The notes: generated from the sequence alone by a model not told the origin. Positions 19,229-30,742 are shown, counted from the whole stretch's first letter. The stretch: 63,705 bases of DNA, filler included, from 4 parts of 4 records of this genome joined end to end with filler, not necessarily neighbours in it, one strand, 5' to 3'. Made by a program: numbers and translations.

Positions 19229-19978
19229 CTAGCCTTCGACCTTGTGAGAGATTCGAGTGCCGACGCGACTTCCTGAAACGGCTTTGACAATATTGCCGTC
19301 CTTCTTGAAGTTGAAAACCAACACTGGCATCTTGTGTTCGCGGCACTGGCTAATCGCTGTTCCATCCATGACGCGAAGATCTTGAGCGATTACTTTTTCG
19401 TAATCCAGTTCGTGATAAAGCACCGCGTGTGGGTTCTTCTCCGGATCATCACTGTAAACGCCATCGACGCGAGTCGCTTTCAAGACGATATCAGCTCCCA
19501 GCTCAAGGGCTCGCTGAGTCGCTGCTGTATCGGTTGTGACAAACGGGCTGCCGGTTCCAGCCGCCAGAACGATAATGCGTCCCTTCTCCATGTGGCGGAT
19601 GGCTCGACGACGAATGAATGGTTCACAGACACCATCCATTCGAATTGCACTCATGACGCGTGTCTTGCAACCAATACTCTCCAGACCAGCTTGCAGTGCC
19701 AATGCGTTGATGCAAGTCGCTAACATTCCCATGTAGTGGGCCGTGGCCTCTTCAATTGCGGCACCGGCCTGAGTAGTGAATTGGCCGCCCCGCAAAATGT
19801 TTCCACCTCCAACAACCACGGCAAGCTGACATCCCAAGGCGTGAGCTTGTTTTACCTGACCCGCGATCGCGACAACTTCCTCCATGTTGATGCCACGCTC
19901 GCCAACTCTCGATAGGCTCTCACCGCTAAGCTTGAGGACGACGCGTTTGTAGTGTGGACTTTGTTGTTCGTTTTCCAT
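19229..19978 (-). CDS. pyrH: UMP kinase
   Basis: [25 protein letters not shown] and VDGVYSDDP. Confidence 0.95.
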   Translation of the reverse strand: MENEQQSPHYKRVVLKLSGESLSRVGERGINMEEVVAIAGQVKQAHALGCQLAVVVGGGNILRGGQFTTQAGAAIEEATAHYMGMLATCINALALQAGLESIGCKTRVMSAIRMDGVCEPFIRRRAIRHMEKGRIIVLAAGTGSPFVTTDTAATQRALELGADIVLKATRVDGVYSDDPEKNPHAVLYHELDYEKVIAQDLRVMDGTAISQCREHKMPVLVFNFKKDGNIVKAVSGSRVGTRISHKVEG

Positions 19979-20345
19979 GGTGTTGCCAGATCGAGAAGGA
20001 TTCACAGTAGCATGAACGCTGGGAAAGTGGTCGAACTGTTGCTCAATCGCTCGCCGTTGCGGATTTACTTTGGCTGCATCGTTGCAAACACCAAACGATT
20101 CGTCTACCCGACTGACGATTCGAACCGTTCATCCGCAATCTTAGCCGCCAGTCGTCAAAATCACTTTGCCTGCATTAGCCAGGCGGATTTCCCGGCCACA
20201 GCGCCTTTGGAATCGGTTACTTTGCCAGTAAAACTACAATCAACCGTGAAAAATCTCGCCCAGGTGACTCCCGCGGTGCCCGCTACTATGGCACTCACTC
20301 TGGGCCCAACGAGTCTGCGGCTTTGTCTAATCGGAAACGGACGCC

Positions 20346-22319
20346 ATGCACCTGATCAGTAGATACGCCTGCATTCTAACCGTGCTTGCCATCTCCCTCG
20401 TAGCACGCTCGGCTAGCGCCCAACAACTCGCTTTCGAAGCAAAGGACCTGGATGGACAGACAGTAGAGCTTCAGTCCGGCAGTCCCTGCGCAGTCGTTTT
20501 CCTAGGATGCGAGTGCCCAATGGCTCGATCCTACGCCCAAGTGCTAAACGATTTGCAAGCTGATTTTCGGGACCAGGGCCTGAGAGTGGTTGGGGTGATG
20601 AGCAACATTCAGGACAGCCGGCAAGATGTCGCCAATTATCGCCAAGAGCTGAATGTTGAATTCCCCCTAGTGGTTGATTCTACCGGAGCCATTGCGGATC
20701 AGTATGGAGCACGACGCACGCCCGAAGCTTACTTGCTCGACGCCGAACTCAAGCTGCGGTACCACGGACGCATCGACGATCAGTATGCACCAGGCGTAGC
20801 CCGAGACAAACCCAACCGCCAAGATCTACGGCTCGCGATCTCGCAGCTCCTTTCCGGCAAGGTCATTCAAGTCAAGAACACGGATGCACTTGGCTGTATA
20901 ATCGGTCGAAAGCGAACGGCAAACCTGCCAACAATTGATGATGAACGAACGACGGTAACCTTCACTCGCCAAATCTCACGAGTCCTCCGTCGCAACTGCA
21001 CCGAGTGTCATCGCGACGGCGACATTGGACCGTTTTCAATGCAGTCCTACGAAGACGTTGCCGGTTGGGCCGACACGATGCTGGAAACGATTGAAGATGG
21101 GCGGATGCCGCCGTGGCACGCCACGACCGACCATCGCGAATTCTCAAACGCACGCGTCATGCCTGCTTCTGACAAAGACTTGTTCCGGGAGTGGATTGCA
21201 CAGGGCACTCCGGAGGGTGATCCGAGTGATTTGCCAGATCCGATTCCCTCGGCGCAGAGCAGCTATGTTTCATTGCAACGCGTTGACGCCGAGTTTCCAA
21301 TGCGAGACCGACCGTTTCTTGTTCCAAGTAGCGGTGTTGTCGAGTATCAGTACTTCGTCGTGGACCCGAAGTTCGAGGAAGACAAGTGGGTCAGAGCCGC
21401 CGAAGTCATTCCTGGACGACGCGATGTTGTGCACCACGGTATCGTTTTCGTCAGGCCACCAGATGGCGGATCGTTCCGCGGTGTTGGGTGGTTGACCGCC
21501 TACGTTCCTGGGCAACGCCTGCAAGCACTGCCCGATGGCTATGCACGGAAGATTCCTGCAGGCTCCAAGCTGATTTTCCAAATGCACTATACACCCAGTG
21601 GAACCGAACGAGCCGACATCTCAAAACTAGGCATCCAGTTCGTCGATCCAGACTCGGTCACGCACGAAGTCTACACGTTGGCCGCGCTCGACCAAGAATT
21701 CGAGATCCCACCTCGCGAAGCCGAATTCACCGTATCGGCGGAGGTGCCCAGACTGCCAAGCGGTTCATTGTTGCTCGCCGCGACTCCCCATATGCACTTC
21801 CGCGGTAAAGTATTCACCGCCTCCGCGAAAATCGGTGAGGGCGAAGAGACCTTGCTTGACGTCCCACGCTATGACTTCAACTGGCAGCACACCTACCACT
21901 TTGCCGACTACATCGACTTGGACTCCGTCAAGTCACTCAAGTTTGACGCCACGTTTGACAACTCTACCAACAACCCATTCAATCCTGATCCCGAACAGTG
22001 GGTTTCATGGGGAGACCAAACGTTCGAGGAAATGGCACTAGCCTTTTTCGAAGTAGCCGTCCCCTTGGACAATGAAAGAGCAAGGTCGACAACTAGTCAA
22101 AACACTGACTCAGCCGCACGAGAGCAACGTGAATCAAAGGTGGTTGCGTATGTCGATCGCGTTTTCCAGCAACTCGACGCCAACTCCGACGGCGTGATTT
22201 TCGAGTCGGAGGCACCGATTGTGGTTCGTTGGCGAGGGTTTTCGCGATTCGATCTGAATTCTGACGGCAAAGCGACGCGTGACGAAGTTCGCAGAGTCGC
22301 CGAGCGCGTCGTGCGCTAG
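20346..22319 (+). CDS. Secreted fusion of redoxin, heme-c, Cu-monooxygenase-like and EF-hand domains
   Basis: Signal peptide, AhpC/TSA-like domain (CECP, RTPEAY, GRIDDQ), CTECH...MPPW, VVHH, PHMHFRGK, EEM, and two DxNxDG loops. Confidence 0.8.
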   Translation: MHLISRYACILTVLAISLVARSASAQQLAFEAKDLDGQTVELQSGSPCAVVFLGCECPMARSYAQVLNDLQADFRDQGLRVVGVMSNIQDSRQDVANYRQELNVEFPLVVDSTGAIADQYGARRTPEAYLLDAELKLRYHGRIDDQYAPGVARDKPNRQDLRLAISQLLSGKVIQVKNTDALGCIIGRKRTANLPTIDDERTTVTFTRQISRVLRRNCTECHRDGDIGPFSMQSYEDVAGWADTMLETIEDGRMPPWHATTDHREFSNARVMPASDKDLFREWIAQGTPEGDPSDLPDPIPSAQSSYVSLQRVDAEFPMRDRPFLVPSSGVVEYQYFVVDPKFEEDKWVRAAEVIPGRRDVVHHGIVFVRPPDGGSFRGVGWLTAYVPGQRLQALPDGYARKIPAGSKLIFQMHYTPSGTERADISKLGIQFVDPDSVTHEVYTLAALDQEFEIPPREAEFTVSAEVPRLPSGSLLLAATPHMHFRGKVFTASAKIGEGEETLLDVPRYDFNWQHTYHFADYIDLDSVKSLKFDATFDNSTNNPFNPDPEQWVSWGDQTFEEMALAFFEVAVPLDNERARSTTSQNTDSAAREQRESKVVAYVDRVFQQLDANSDGVIFESEAPIVVRWRGFSRFDLNSDGKATRDEVRRVAERVVR

Positions 22320-22369
22320 CCCTTGGATCAGTCTTTCGCATCCACGTTCAGTGTATTTGGACACAGCCC

Positions 22370-24673
22370 TTGTCAAACATCGTTGAAACTCTTTCCCGCG
22401 CGAGTACCAACCGGCGCTGGATTCCCATCTGCGTCATGGCCGTCGTCACGCTAGGGGCTGTCCTTGGATACGTTGCGCCTGACCTGCCGAGTAAGCTTTG
22501 GAATCGCGAGGACACTTCGGAAAACTCCGTGGTGGCCAAGCAGTTCGAGTCTCCTCCGGATAACGTGCAGCCGCTCAGCCTGTCACGTTCCGACTGCGTT
22601 ATGCTGGTCGAAGGCGAAGAGTTTTTCAATTTCGAGTCTACTGAAACGCTTCGAGCCATCGTGGAAGCCCTGGAAGAACTTCCACAGGTGCAGAGCATAG
22701 TCTGGCTTGACCGAGTCCCGATTCTCAACATCTTCGGCCTACCGCAACCACTCTTGCCGAATTCCCACGCTTCCGAAACGCGATATGAAGCGGCCAAGCA
22801 GCGTGCCCTGGAGCATCCTTTAGTATACGGCCAATTGCTCAGCGACGACGGGAAAGCAATGCTGCTGCTGATCAACTTGAACGTTTACGAGGTTCTCAGC
22901 GACTACGAAGCCACCGGCTTGTTGACCGACACCGCAAAGCGAATTGCCACAGAACGCGGCTCGGACATGTCGTTCCGTCTGACCGGTAACACCCCCACGG
23001 CCATTGCAGCTATCGGACGACACGAGGCGAATCAACTTCGTTACCAGATTATTGGCTACGGGATGATCCTGATCATGTCCTTCATTCTCTTCCGCGGATG
23101 GCGAGCCGTAGTAATCGTCGCTTTGGCTCCGTTGCTCGGAGTGTTTTGGACCTTGGGCTACGTACGCTTCTTGGGTTACGACAATAACCCGTTGGTGGAT
23201 GTCATTTTGCCAATTTTGGTTAGCCTGGTTGGGCTGACCGATGGTGTCCACTTGATGGTCCAAATTCGCAAACTTCGCAGCCAGGGTGCAGCCCCTCGGA
23301 CCGCGGCCGCCCAAGGACTAGCAAGTGTGGGAACCGCGTGTCTGCTCACCAGTATTACCACCGCGATCGGTTTCGGTTCGTTGCTGCTTGCCGATTCAGA
23401 ATGGGTACAAGAATTTGGCTTAAGCAGCACCATTGGCGTACTGCTTTGTTTTGTTTCAGTTGTCACCGTCATCCCGCTCGCCTGCGGCACTTGGCTTGGA
23501 GTGAATGTACACGTCGGCCTTGAAAAGAGCCTGATCGATAAGAACCTGGGCAAAATCGACCGAGTCATCGATTGGGTACTGCATCGCCGCCGAGCTCTCT
23601 GTGCCATAGCGATTCTGTGCACCGTAGGATTCGGCGCCTTCGCCTTGACGTTGACGCCCGACCAACGACAGTCCGATGGCTTGCCACAGGATGCCGAAGC
23701 GACTATTGCGATGCAAGAAGTTGATCGTCGCTTCGGTGGATTAGAGTTTGCAAATGTGGAGATCCGCTGGAAAGAATCAATCAAATCGACCGATCCACAA
23801 GTTCTCTTAGCAGTCACCGCAGCCGACGAGTTGCTTCGGCGAGAGCCATTGATCGGGCACCCGCTGTCGATCAAGAACTTGATCGATGCACAACCAGGGA
23901 GCGGTCCAGCCTCAGAGAGAATGACACTCCTTGAGCTGTTGCCGCCGCCGCTCAAGAGAGCCTTCTATACGCCTGAACTGCGACGGGCTAATGTCAGTTT
24001 TCGAGTCCAGGACCTGGGCATTGCTGCCTACGGGCCTGTGTTTGAGCGTATCGAAGCGGGCTTCACAAGTTTGGAAGCCGAGTTCCCTGACTTCAATTTT
24101 GAACTCGACGGCGGCGCAGTGTGGCGATGGAGGAACCTTTACCAAATTGTTGTCGACCTAGCCGCCAGCCTCGGTACCGCCAGTGTCATAATCCTGATCG
24201 TGCTCGCTCTATGTTACCGATCGTTGCGCCTGGGATTGATTTCTATCGTTCCAAATTTGTTCCCGCTTACGGTCACCGCCGTGTATCTGAAATTAGCTGG
24301 ATACAACCTGGAAATCGTAATGGTCTGTAACTTCACGATCTGCCTTGGAATCGCGGTCGACGACACCATTCATTTTCTGACGCGCTATCGCGAGGAGTTG
24401 CAATCGGGCAAGGATTCCGACGAAGCAATTCGAACTGCTTTCACCAGCGTCGGAACCGCCTTGATTATGACAACGACCGTACTGGTTGCTGGCTTTTCTG
24501 TGGTTACCTTCAGCGATTCGCGTGACCACTTCATTTTCGCCATTATGGGCGCGATCACCATTTCCTCCGCTCTCTTCTGCGATTTGCTTTTCCTGCCTGC
24601 ACTATTGTCTGTTTTTGGCCGTGCAAAGCGGTCGCAGAACCAGGTGCTCCAACCAGACCGCGTGAAAACCTGA
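22370..24673 (+). CDS. MMPL/RND-family transporter
   Basis: Two repeats of a TM bundle, with TSITTAIGF and GIAVDDTIHFL motifs. Confidence 0.88.
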   Translation: MSNIVETLSRASTNRRWIPICVMAVVTLGAVLGYVAPDLPSKLWNREDTSENSVVAKQFESPPDNVQPLSLSRSDCVMLVEGEEFFNFESTETLRAIVEALEELPQVQSIVWLDRVPILNIFGLPQPLLPNSHASETRYEAAKQRALEHPLVYGQLLSDDGKAMLLLINLNVYEVLSDYEATGLLTDTAKRIATERGSDMSFRLTGNTPTAIAAIGRHEANQLRYQIIGYGMILIMSFILFRGWRAVVIVALAPLLGVFWTLGYVRFLGYDNNPLVDVILPILVSLVGLTDGVHLMVQIRKLRSQGAAPRTAAAQGLASVGTACLLTSITTAIGFGSLLLADSEWVQEFGLSSTIGVLLCFVSVVTVIPLACGTWLGVNVHVGLEKSLIDKNLGKIDRVIDWVLHRRRALCAIAILCTVGFGAFALTLTPDQRQSDGLPQDAEATIAMQEVDRRFGGLEFANVEIRWKESIKSTDPQVLLAVTAADELLRREPLIGHPLSIKNLIDAQPGSGPASERMTLLELLPPPLKRAFYTPELRRANVSFRVQDLGIAAYGPVFERIEAGFTSLEAEFPDFNFELDGGAVWRWRNLYQIVVDLAASLGTASVIILIVLALCYRSLRLGLISIVPNLFPLTVTAVYLKLAGYNLEIVMVCNFTICLGIAVDDTIHFLTRYREELQSGKDSDEAIRTAFTSVGTALIMTTTVLVAGFSVVTFSDSRDHFIFAIMGAITISSALFCDLLFLPALLSVFGRAKRSQNQVLQPDRVKT

Positions 24674-24737
24674 GCAGAATGAACCGAACCATCGACTGCC
24701 TTTCTGTGTCAACAGACGTAGTTGGGGAGAATTCTAG

Positions 24738-25787
24738 ATGGATCATGAGAAACTTCGTGCTTTCGGATGGAAGCCGTTTTTCGAGCAACAAGTCTCTTCG
24801 GCTCACCTCCGCGATCACTCGGTCGCCCGAGTCTCTGCTCACCATGGAAGCCACCTTCTGTTGCTTGGTGAACGTGGTGAATTCCGCGTGCCGATGCAAC
24901 TGGCGCGATCTACTAGCGATGTCGCGGTCGGTGATTGGCTTCTGATCGACGACCATGACAACCGCGTCGTCCGGCACCTCGAGCGAGAGACGTTGTTATA
25001 TCGCAAAGCATCGGGCGAAGAAATCAAGCCACAAATCATCGCGGCAAACATCGACACGATCTTTATAGTCAGCTCCTGCAACGAAGATTTCAACCTCTCG
25101 CGCATCGAGAGGTATTTAGCCCTGGTGCTCCAGTCCGGTGCCTTTCCCGTCGTCGTACTATCCAAGGCAGATATTACAGACTCCAGCGACAACCTCCGAC
25201 AGCAAGTAGAAGCACTGCACCCTGGACTGCTGGTCGAAACACTTGACGCACGAAATCCAGAACAGGCTGCTGTACTCAATCCTTGGTGCCAGCCCGGGAA
25301 GTCGATCGCCCTGCTAGGGTCCTCTGGAGTTGGAAAATCGACGCTTGCCAACTCGCTCGGTGCCGATAGTCTGGCAACTGCCGCTATCCGAGAAAAGGAT
25401 GGAAAAGGGCGGCATACAACGACAGCAAGATCGCTTCATCTACTGCCCAGCGGCGGAGTCTTGGTCGACAATCCCGGCATGCGCGAACTGCAACTTCCTG
25501 CATGTGAAGACGGCGTCTCGGAGCTGTTCGAGGACGTCTTGCTGATTGCAGAGCGCTGTCGATTCAGCAATTGCAGTCATTCTGGTGATGTGGGTTGTGC
25601 AGTAGAGGCCGCCATTAAATCGGGAGAACTTGAAAAGCGGCGATTCGCAAGTTTCATGAAACTCAACGCCGAACAAGCCCGCAATTCGCGTTCACTAGCC
25701 GAGCACCGACAGCGCGATCGTCAAACCGGCCGACTATACAAGTCGATCATCGCCAAAAAACGCCGCCGTCGCGACGACGCCTTTTGA
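24738..25787 (+). CDS. rsgA: Ribosome small subunit-dependent GTPase A
   Basis: AVGDW, AANID, GSSGVGKS, GRHTT and a C-terminal CRFSNCSH..GC zinc site. Confidence 0.93.
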   Translation: MDHEKLRAFGWKPFFEQQVSSAHLRDHSVARVSAHHGSHLLLLGERGEFRVPMQLARSTSDVAVGDWLLIDDHDNRVVRHLERETLLYRKASGEEIKPQIIAANIDTIFIVSSCNEDFNLSRIERYLALVLQSGAFPVVVLSKADITDSSDNLRQQVEALHPGLLVETLDARNPEQAAVLNPWCQPGKSIALLGSSGVGKSTLANSLGADSLATAAIREKDGKGRHTTTARSLHLLPSGGVLVDNPGMRELQLPACEDGVSELFEDVLLIAERCRFSNCSHSGDVGCAVEAAIKSGELEKRRFASFMKLNAEQARNSRSLAEHRQRDRQTGRLYKSIIAKKRRRRDDAF

Positions 25788-25925
25788 TTCTCCACAGCGG
25801 CGCGATGGTAGCGGATCCGGTTGACTGAATCCACACTTTAAAAGGCGGCCGTCCGTCGCTGGGACTTGGACTGTTCCAACAGTTTTACGGACTCTTCCAA
25901 CAGTTCTAGCTGAAGCTTGCAATAA

Positions 25926-25980
25926 GTAGGGTGGGTCAAACCCACCGAAACAACCCGCTGGTGCGTCTTACCCACCTTAC
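25926..25980. repeat. GTAG-type REP-like inverted pair
   Basis: GTAGGGTGGGTCAAACCCACC ... GGTGCGTCTTACCCACCTTAC. Confidence 0.6.
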
Positions 25981-26166
25981 AATATTGATTCTCGAAACGC
26001 GGACGACACTGCGTCAACTTCAATTCACAGCAAGAAGGCAGCACCGAGAACGGTCATCTAGTTGTGCAAGTTTGGAAGGCAAATTGAAGCCCAAGCAAGA
26101 TTCGACGACTAGCAGCCAAAGCGTCGATGGTCTGAAACCGAAGAGTTGATTCCAGAGAGAAAAAAG

Positions 26167-26240
<74 letters not shown>

Positions 26241-26708
26241 CGAGAAAATATACTGATGATCTTCACAGCGCCTAGGGGCTCCGAGCAATTTCTTTTTCAG
26301 CTCTAAACTGCACCGTCTGGATGTGCCGAATCGACCGAATGCGACTCGTGAAACGATTAGCACAACGCCGTGACTCCAAAGCGAATCCGCCGCAAGAAGA
26401 CACCTGTAGTGCTACTGAAAAAAGTTTGTCGATTTGCCTGCCGTGAAAGCGCATACTGGCTTTAACGCTGACTTGTCGCAACGAGCGGCGAATAGCCTAT
26501 GCGTCAGACAGAAGCTCGACTACGCTGGACGCCCCGAAAGGCGCAGCGTCGAACCTTTTACTCAGAACCGGCTTCTTAATTCCCCAGACTCAGCGAGCGT
26601 TGGATGGCGAGTGCGGAGCAGGGCACAGGAGCGGGTGACGCCGTACGACGCGCTGTTCGACAGCAGAACATTTTCGATCAAGAACGACCGAGTTCGAGAA
26701 CAATACCG

Positions 26709-28046
26709 ATGACCGAAGCATGGCACGCTGATTCTTGGCGTCAGAAACCGGCAAAGCAGCAGCCGACCTACGCGGACCCGCAGGCGCTCAACGAAGTGCT
26801 GGCTACTCTGCGACGTTTGCCGCCCTTAGTGACAAGCTGGGAGATTGACCGACTGCGGAACAAGATCGCGACCGCGCAGGCTGGCGATGCCTGGGTCCTG
26901 CAAGGTGGCGACTGCGCCGAGTCGTTTGATGATTGCGACGCCGAATCAATTGCCAGCAAGTTGAAGGTGTTGCTCCAGATGAGCCTAGTACTCGTCTATG
27001 GATCGCGAAAACCAGTCGTACGGATTGGCCGCATTGCCGGGCAGTACGCGAAGCCTCGGTCCAAGGACACCGAAACCCGCGATGGCGAAGAGCTTCCATC
27101 GTACAGGGGCGACCTGATCAACCGCGCCCCTTTTTCGGCGGACCACCGGCGGAACAACCCCGAGTTGCTGATGAAGGGGTATCAACGCTCGGCCCTAACA
27201 CTGAACTTCATTCGAGCTCTTAGCGAAGGTGGCTTTGCCGATCTGCACCATCCAGAGAATTGGAAATTAAATTTTGTGTCTCACAGCGATCGCCTTGATC
27301 GTTATCGGGAAGTCGTCGACGCATTGGGAGACGCGCTTCGTTTCCTCGAGACAATTTCGCCAAATGCGATCCCGGACCTGCGCAGAGTTGATTTTTACAC
27401 CTCGCACGAGGCGCTGCATCTAGAGTACGAACAAACATTGACTAGGGAGAGTATCCGGAAGAACGGTTACTACAATCTCGGCACCCATTTTCCTTGGATT
27501 GGCGAGCGGACGCGTTCCCTGTCCGGTGCACATGTTGAAATGCTGCGTGGGCTACTGAACCCGGTTGGTGTTAAAGTTGGCCCGACAGCCGATCCACAAG
27601 AAGTTGTTGCGCTCGTTCGAAGATTGAACCCCGACAATGTGCCAGGGAAGGTTACACTGATTCACCGAGTTGGAAATGCCAAGGTCGGCGATATCTTGCC
27701 AAACATCATATCTGAAGTGCATCGAAGTGGCTTGGATGTTCTCTGGTCGTGCGACCCGATGCACGGAAACACGGTCACTGCTGGCAGCGGTCACAAAACA
27801 CGCCGCTTCGACGATATCCTTGGCGAGCTGAAGACGGCGTTCGCTGTGCATCGCGAGTGTGGCACTTCGCTTGGCGGAGTCCACCTTGAGCTTACCGGCG
27901 AAAATGTAACCGAGTGCATCGGCGGAACTGGTGGAATCACGGAAGACGACTTGCACCAAGCTTACAATACGCACTGTGACCCGCGGCTAAATTACGAACA
28001 AGCAATGGAAATTGCATTTGCCGTCGCCGACGAAATCCGCACTTAA
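26709..28046 (+). CDS. Class II DAHP synthase
   Basis: LQGGDCAE, GRIAGQYAKPRS, WIGERTR, CDPMHGN and CDPRLN. Confidence 0.95.
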   Translation: MTEAWHADSWRQKPAKQQPTYADPQALNEVLATLRRLPPLVTSWEIDRLRNKIATAQAGDAWVLQGGDCAESFDDCDAESIASKLKVLLQMSLVLVYGSRKPVVRIGRIAGQYAKPRSKDTETRDGEELPSYRGDLINRAPFSADHRRNNPELLMKGYQRSALTLNFIRALSEGGFADLHHPENWKLNFVSHSDRLDRYREVVDALGDALRFLETISPNAIPDLRRVDFYTSHEALHLEYEQTLTRESIRKNGYYNLGTHFPWIGERTRSLSGAHVEMLRGLLNPVGVKVGPTADPQEVVALVRRLNPDNVPGKVTLIHRVGNAKVGDILPNIISEVHRSGLDVLWSCDPMHGNTVTAGSGHKTRRFDDILGELKTAFAVHRECGTSLGGVHLELTGENVTECIGGTGGITEDDLHQAYNTHCDPRLNYEQAMEIAFAVADEIRT

Positions 28047-28560
28047 CGCCGTTGAGCTCATCGCAGTGTTCTGCCCGCAAGATTTTTCAACTCACCTACG
28101 GTTCGCACGGCTGGGCATCCAGTTCAGCTTAATTGATTGGAACGAAGTTCGACGTTGGGGGGATGAACTCATCCTCGCTACGGCGTCGCCCTCCCAATGG
28201 ATGGCAGACCTCAGTTTTGCCCGGGCTGAGGACGTTGAGTATATCCTCGACGAGCTGAGCATGTCCGGGCAACTTCCCGAAGGCAATCCCACTTGTGAAG
28301 CAACGCTTCACGCGCTGGTTTCTCTTGTGGCATTTCGACAGTCAACCGGCACGCTTTCCGTAGATCAAGCGCTGTATGCCATCGCACAACTCACCTGGTC
28401 ATGCGACGCATGCACACCACAATGGCTGACCGACCTTTACGGCGCCTTTGATTATCTAGCTTGGCAGCTCGACGATAAGCGTATCGATGTAGCAGAGTTT
28501 AGCGAGTCATCTAGAGTACTACTCCGCACAAAAGACAAACCGGAACTTCTGCCAATATAG
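28012..28560 (+). CDS. Hypothetical protein (start uncertain)
   Basis: Acidic, helical-looking ORF that fills the gap after the DAHP synthase gene. Confidence 0.5.
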   Translation: MHLPSPTKSALNAVELIAVFCPQDFSTHLRFARLGIQFSLIDWNEVRRWGDELILATASPSQWMADLSFARAEDVEYILDELSMSGQLPEGNPTCEATLHALVSLVAFRQSTGTLSVDQALYAIAQLTWSCDACTPQWLTDLYGAFDYLAWQLDDKRIDVAEFSESSRVLLRTKDKPELLPI

Positions 28561-28628
28561 ATTGCACACCAGTAGGCCGGATCAAGGTGCAAAGCGACGC
28601 GGTTCCACACAATCAGCCGCAACGCGCA

Positions 28629-28728
28629 NNNNNNNNNNNNNNNNNNNNNNNNNNNNNNNNNNNNNNNNNNNNTTAATTAATTAANNNNNNNNNNNNNNNN
28701 NNNNNNNNNNNNNNNNNNNNNNNNNNNN
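28629..28728. other. Artificial contig spacer
   Basis: N-run with central TTAATTAATTAA (stop codons in all frames). Confidence 0.99.
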
Positions 28729-29398
28729 TGCCTTCGGCGGGATCGTGGCGCTGAACCGGCCGCTGGACGCGCAAACCGCCGAGGCGATCTCGGAAATCTT
28801 CACCGAGGTGGTCATCGCGCCCGGTGCCGACGAGGCCGCGCAGGAGATCTTCGCGAAGAAGAAGAACCTGCGCCTGCTTCTGACAGAGGGTCTGGCCGAT
28901 GCCGCGACCGCCGGTCTGACATATCGACAGGTGGCTGGGGGTATGCTGGTTCAGGACAAGGATGTGGGCCAGCGAACGCTTTCCGACCTCAAGGTTGTCA
29001 CGAAAGTGCAACCGACGGAGGCGCAGATGCAGGACCTTCTGTTCGCGTGGAAGGTCGCGAAGCACGTCAAATCGAACGCCATCGTCTATGTTCGCGACGG
29101 CGCGACCGTGGGCGTGGGCGCGGGCCAGATGAGCCGCGTCGACTCGGCCCTCATCGCCGCCCGGAAGGCCGAGCGCATGGCCGAGGCGCTGGGCCTCCCC
29201 GAGCCGCTGACCAAGGGCTCCGCCGTGGCCTCGGACGCCTTCTTCCCCTTCCCGGACGGGCTGATGGAAGCCGCCGCCGCCGGCGCCACCTGCGTGATCC
29301 AGCCCGGCGGCTCCATGCGGGACGACGAGGTGATCGCCGCCGCCGACAAGGCCGGTCTGGCCATGGTCTTCACCGGGATGCGCCACTTCCGCCACTGA
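28729..29398 (+). CDS. purH: PurH, 3' part (truncated by contig edge)
   Basis: [26 protein letters not shown] and FTGMRHFRH. Confidence 0.95.
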
Positions 29399-29508
29399 CG
29401 GCGGGGCAGGGCAGGCCCCCGCCCGCCGGGGGTCTGCCGCGCGAGGCGGGCTTGAGACCCGCGTCCCCCGCGATTATCAGGCCGCTACACAAGGGACAGG
29501 GCAGGGCC

Positions 29509-30021
29509 ATGGCAGCGACGAAACCGGTGAAAAGCCCGATGCGGCTGGTGGCGCTGAGCGCTCTGGCGATCTTTGCGCTCGACCAGCTGTCGAAGCTTTG
29601 GGTGCTGAGTGCCCTGAACCTCGACCAAAGGGGCACCGTCGAGGTCTTTCCACCCTTCCTGACCTTCCGCATGGCGTGGAACCGGGGGGTGAATTTCGGC
29701 CTGATGGCGGGGGATGACGACCTGACGCGCTGGGTGCTGATCGCCGTGGCTCTGGTGATCGTGGCCGTGGTGCTGGTCTGGATCCGCCGCGACCCGCCGG
29801 GCCGGCTGGGGCTGATCGGCGCCGGCCTGCTCGTCGGCGGGGCGCTGGGCAACGTCGTGGACCGCATCCTTTACGGCGCGGTGGCGGACTTTCTGAACAT
29901 GTCCTGCTGCGGCATCGACAACCCCTTTTCCTTCAACGTCGCGGACATCGCGATCTTCGCAGGGGCGCTGGGGCTCGTGCTGTTCACACCGTCGAAGCCG
30001 GCGAAGAAAAAGGCCCCGTGA
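29509..30021 (+). CDS. lspA: Lipoprotein signal peptidase
   Basis: DQLSK, NRGVNFG, GALGNVVDR and FNVAD. Confidence 0.93.
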   Translation: MAATKPVKSPMRLVALSALAIFALDQLSKLWVLSALNLDQRGTVEVFPPFLTFRMAWNRGVNFGLMAGDDDLTRWVLIAVALVIVAVVLVWIRRDPPGRLGLIGAGLLVGGALGNVVDRILYGAVADFLNMSCCGIDNPFSFNVADIAIFAGALGLVLFTPSKPAKKKAP

Positions 30022-30077
30022 CGGGGCCGGGAAGATCGGGTAAAGCTGTGCGCAACGTGGGAAACGGAGGGTGGCCG

Positions 30078-30602
30078 ATGCTGCGGCTGGCGCAATGTGT
30101 TGCGATTGTCGGACTGGGGCTTTGCGCCTCTTGCGGACTTGTGCGCAGCGACAAGCCCCTGCACGATCTGCGTACCAACCAGCGGGAGCCCGAAGAATTC
30201 GGCATCGTCCCGAACCGCCCGCTTCTCGACCCGGACAGCTATGCGCAACTGCCCGCCCCGACCCCGGGCCGGGCCAACCGTGCCGACCAGAACCCCAAGG
30301 CCGATGCCGTGGCGGCGCTGGGTGGCGATGCGGCGCGTCTGGACCCGAACGCCGGTGTTCCGGCGGGCGATGCGGCGCTGATCAACCGCGCCGGGCGCTT
30401 TGGGCGTGACCCGAACGTGCGCGCGGATCTGGCCAGCGCCGATGCGGATTTCCGCAAGCGCAAAAAGATCTTCAACTGGTCGCTGGTGCCGGACAACCGC
30501 TACAACCGCGCCTATTCCGGGCAGTCGCTCGACCCGCAGGAGTGGCTGCGCCGCTACCGCGCGGCCGGTGCACGCACGCCCACGGCCCCCCCGGCGGACT
30601 GA
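30078..30602 (+). CDS. DUF3035-like lipoprotein
   Basis: Lipobox-like Cys, PEEFGIVPNRPL and LPAPTPG, in the usual lspA-M16 context. Confidence 0.7.
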   Translation: MLRLAQCVAIVGLGLCASCGLVRSDKPLHDLRTNQREPEEFGIVPNRPLLDPDSYAQLPAPTPGRANRADQNPKADAVAALGGDAARLDPNAGVPAGDAALINRAGRFGRDPNVRADLASADADFRKRKKIFNWSLVPDNRYNRAYSGQSLDPQEWLRRYRAAGARTPTAPPAD

Positions 30603-30742
30603 CGCCGCCCCCGGCACGGGCCCCTCACTGCCGCCTGCGGCATCGAAACCTCTCACGTCCCCGTCACTGACGCCCGGCCTCGCTTGATCTTGGGCGCGGC
30701 CCGCGTACTTATGATCCAACCGTGGTGACAAAGGATGACGCG

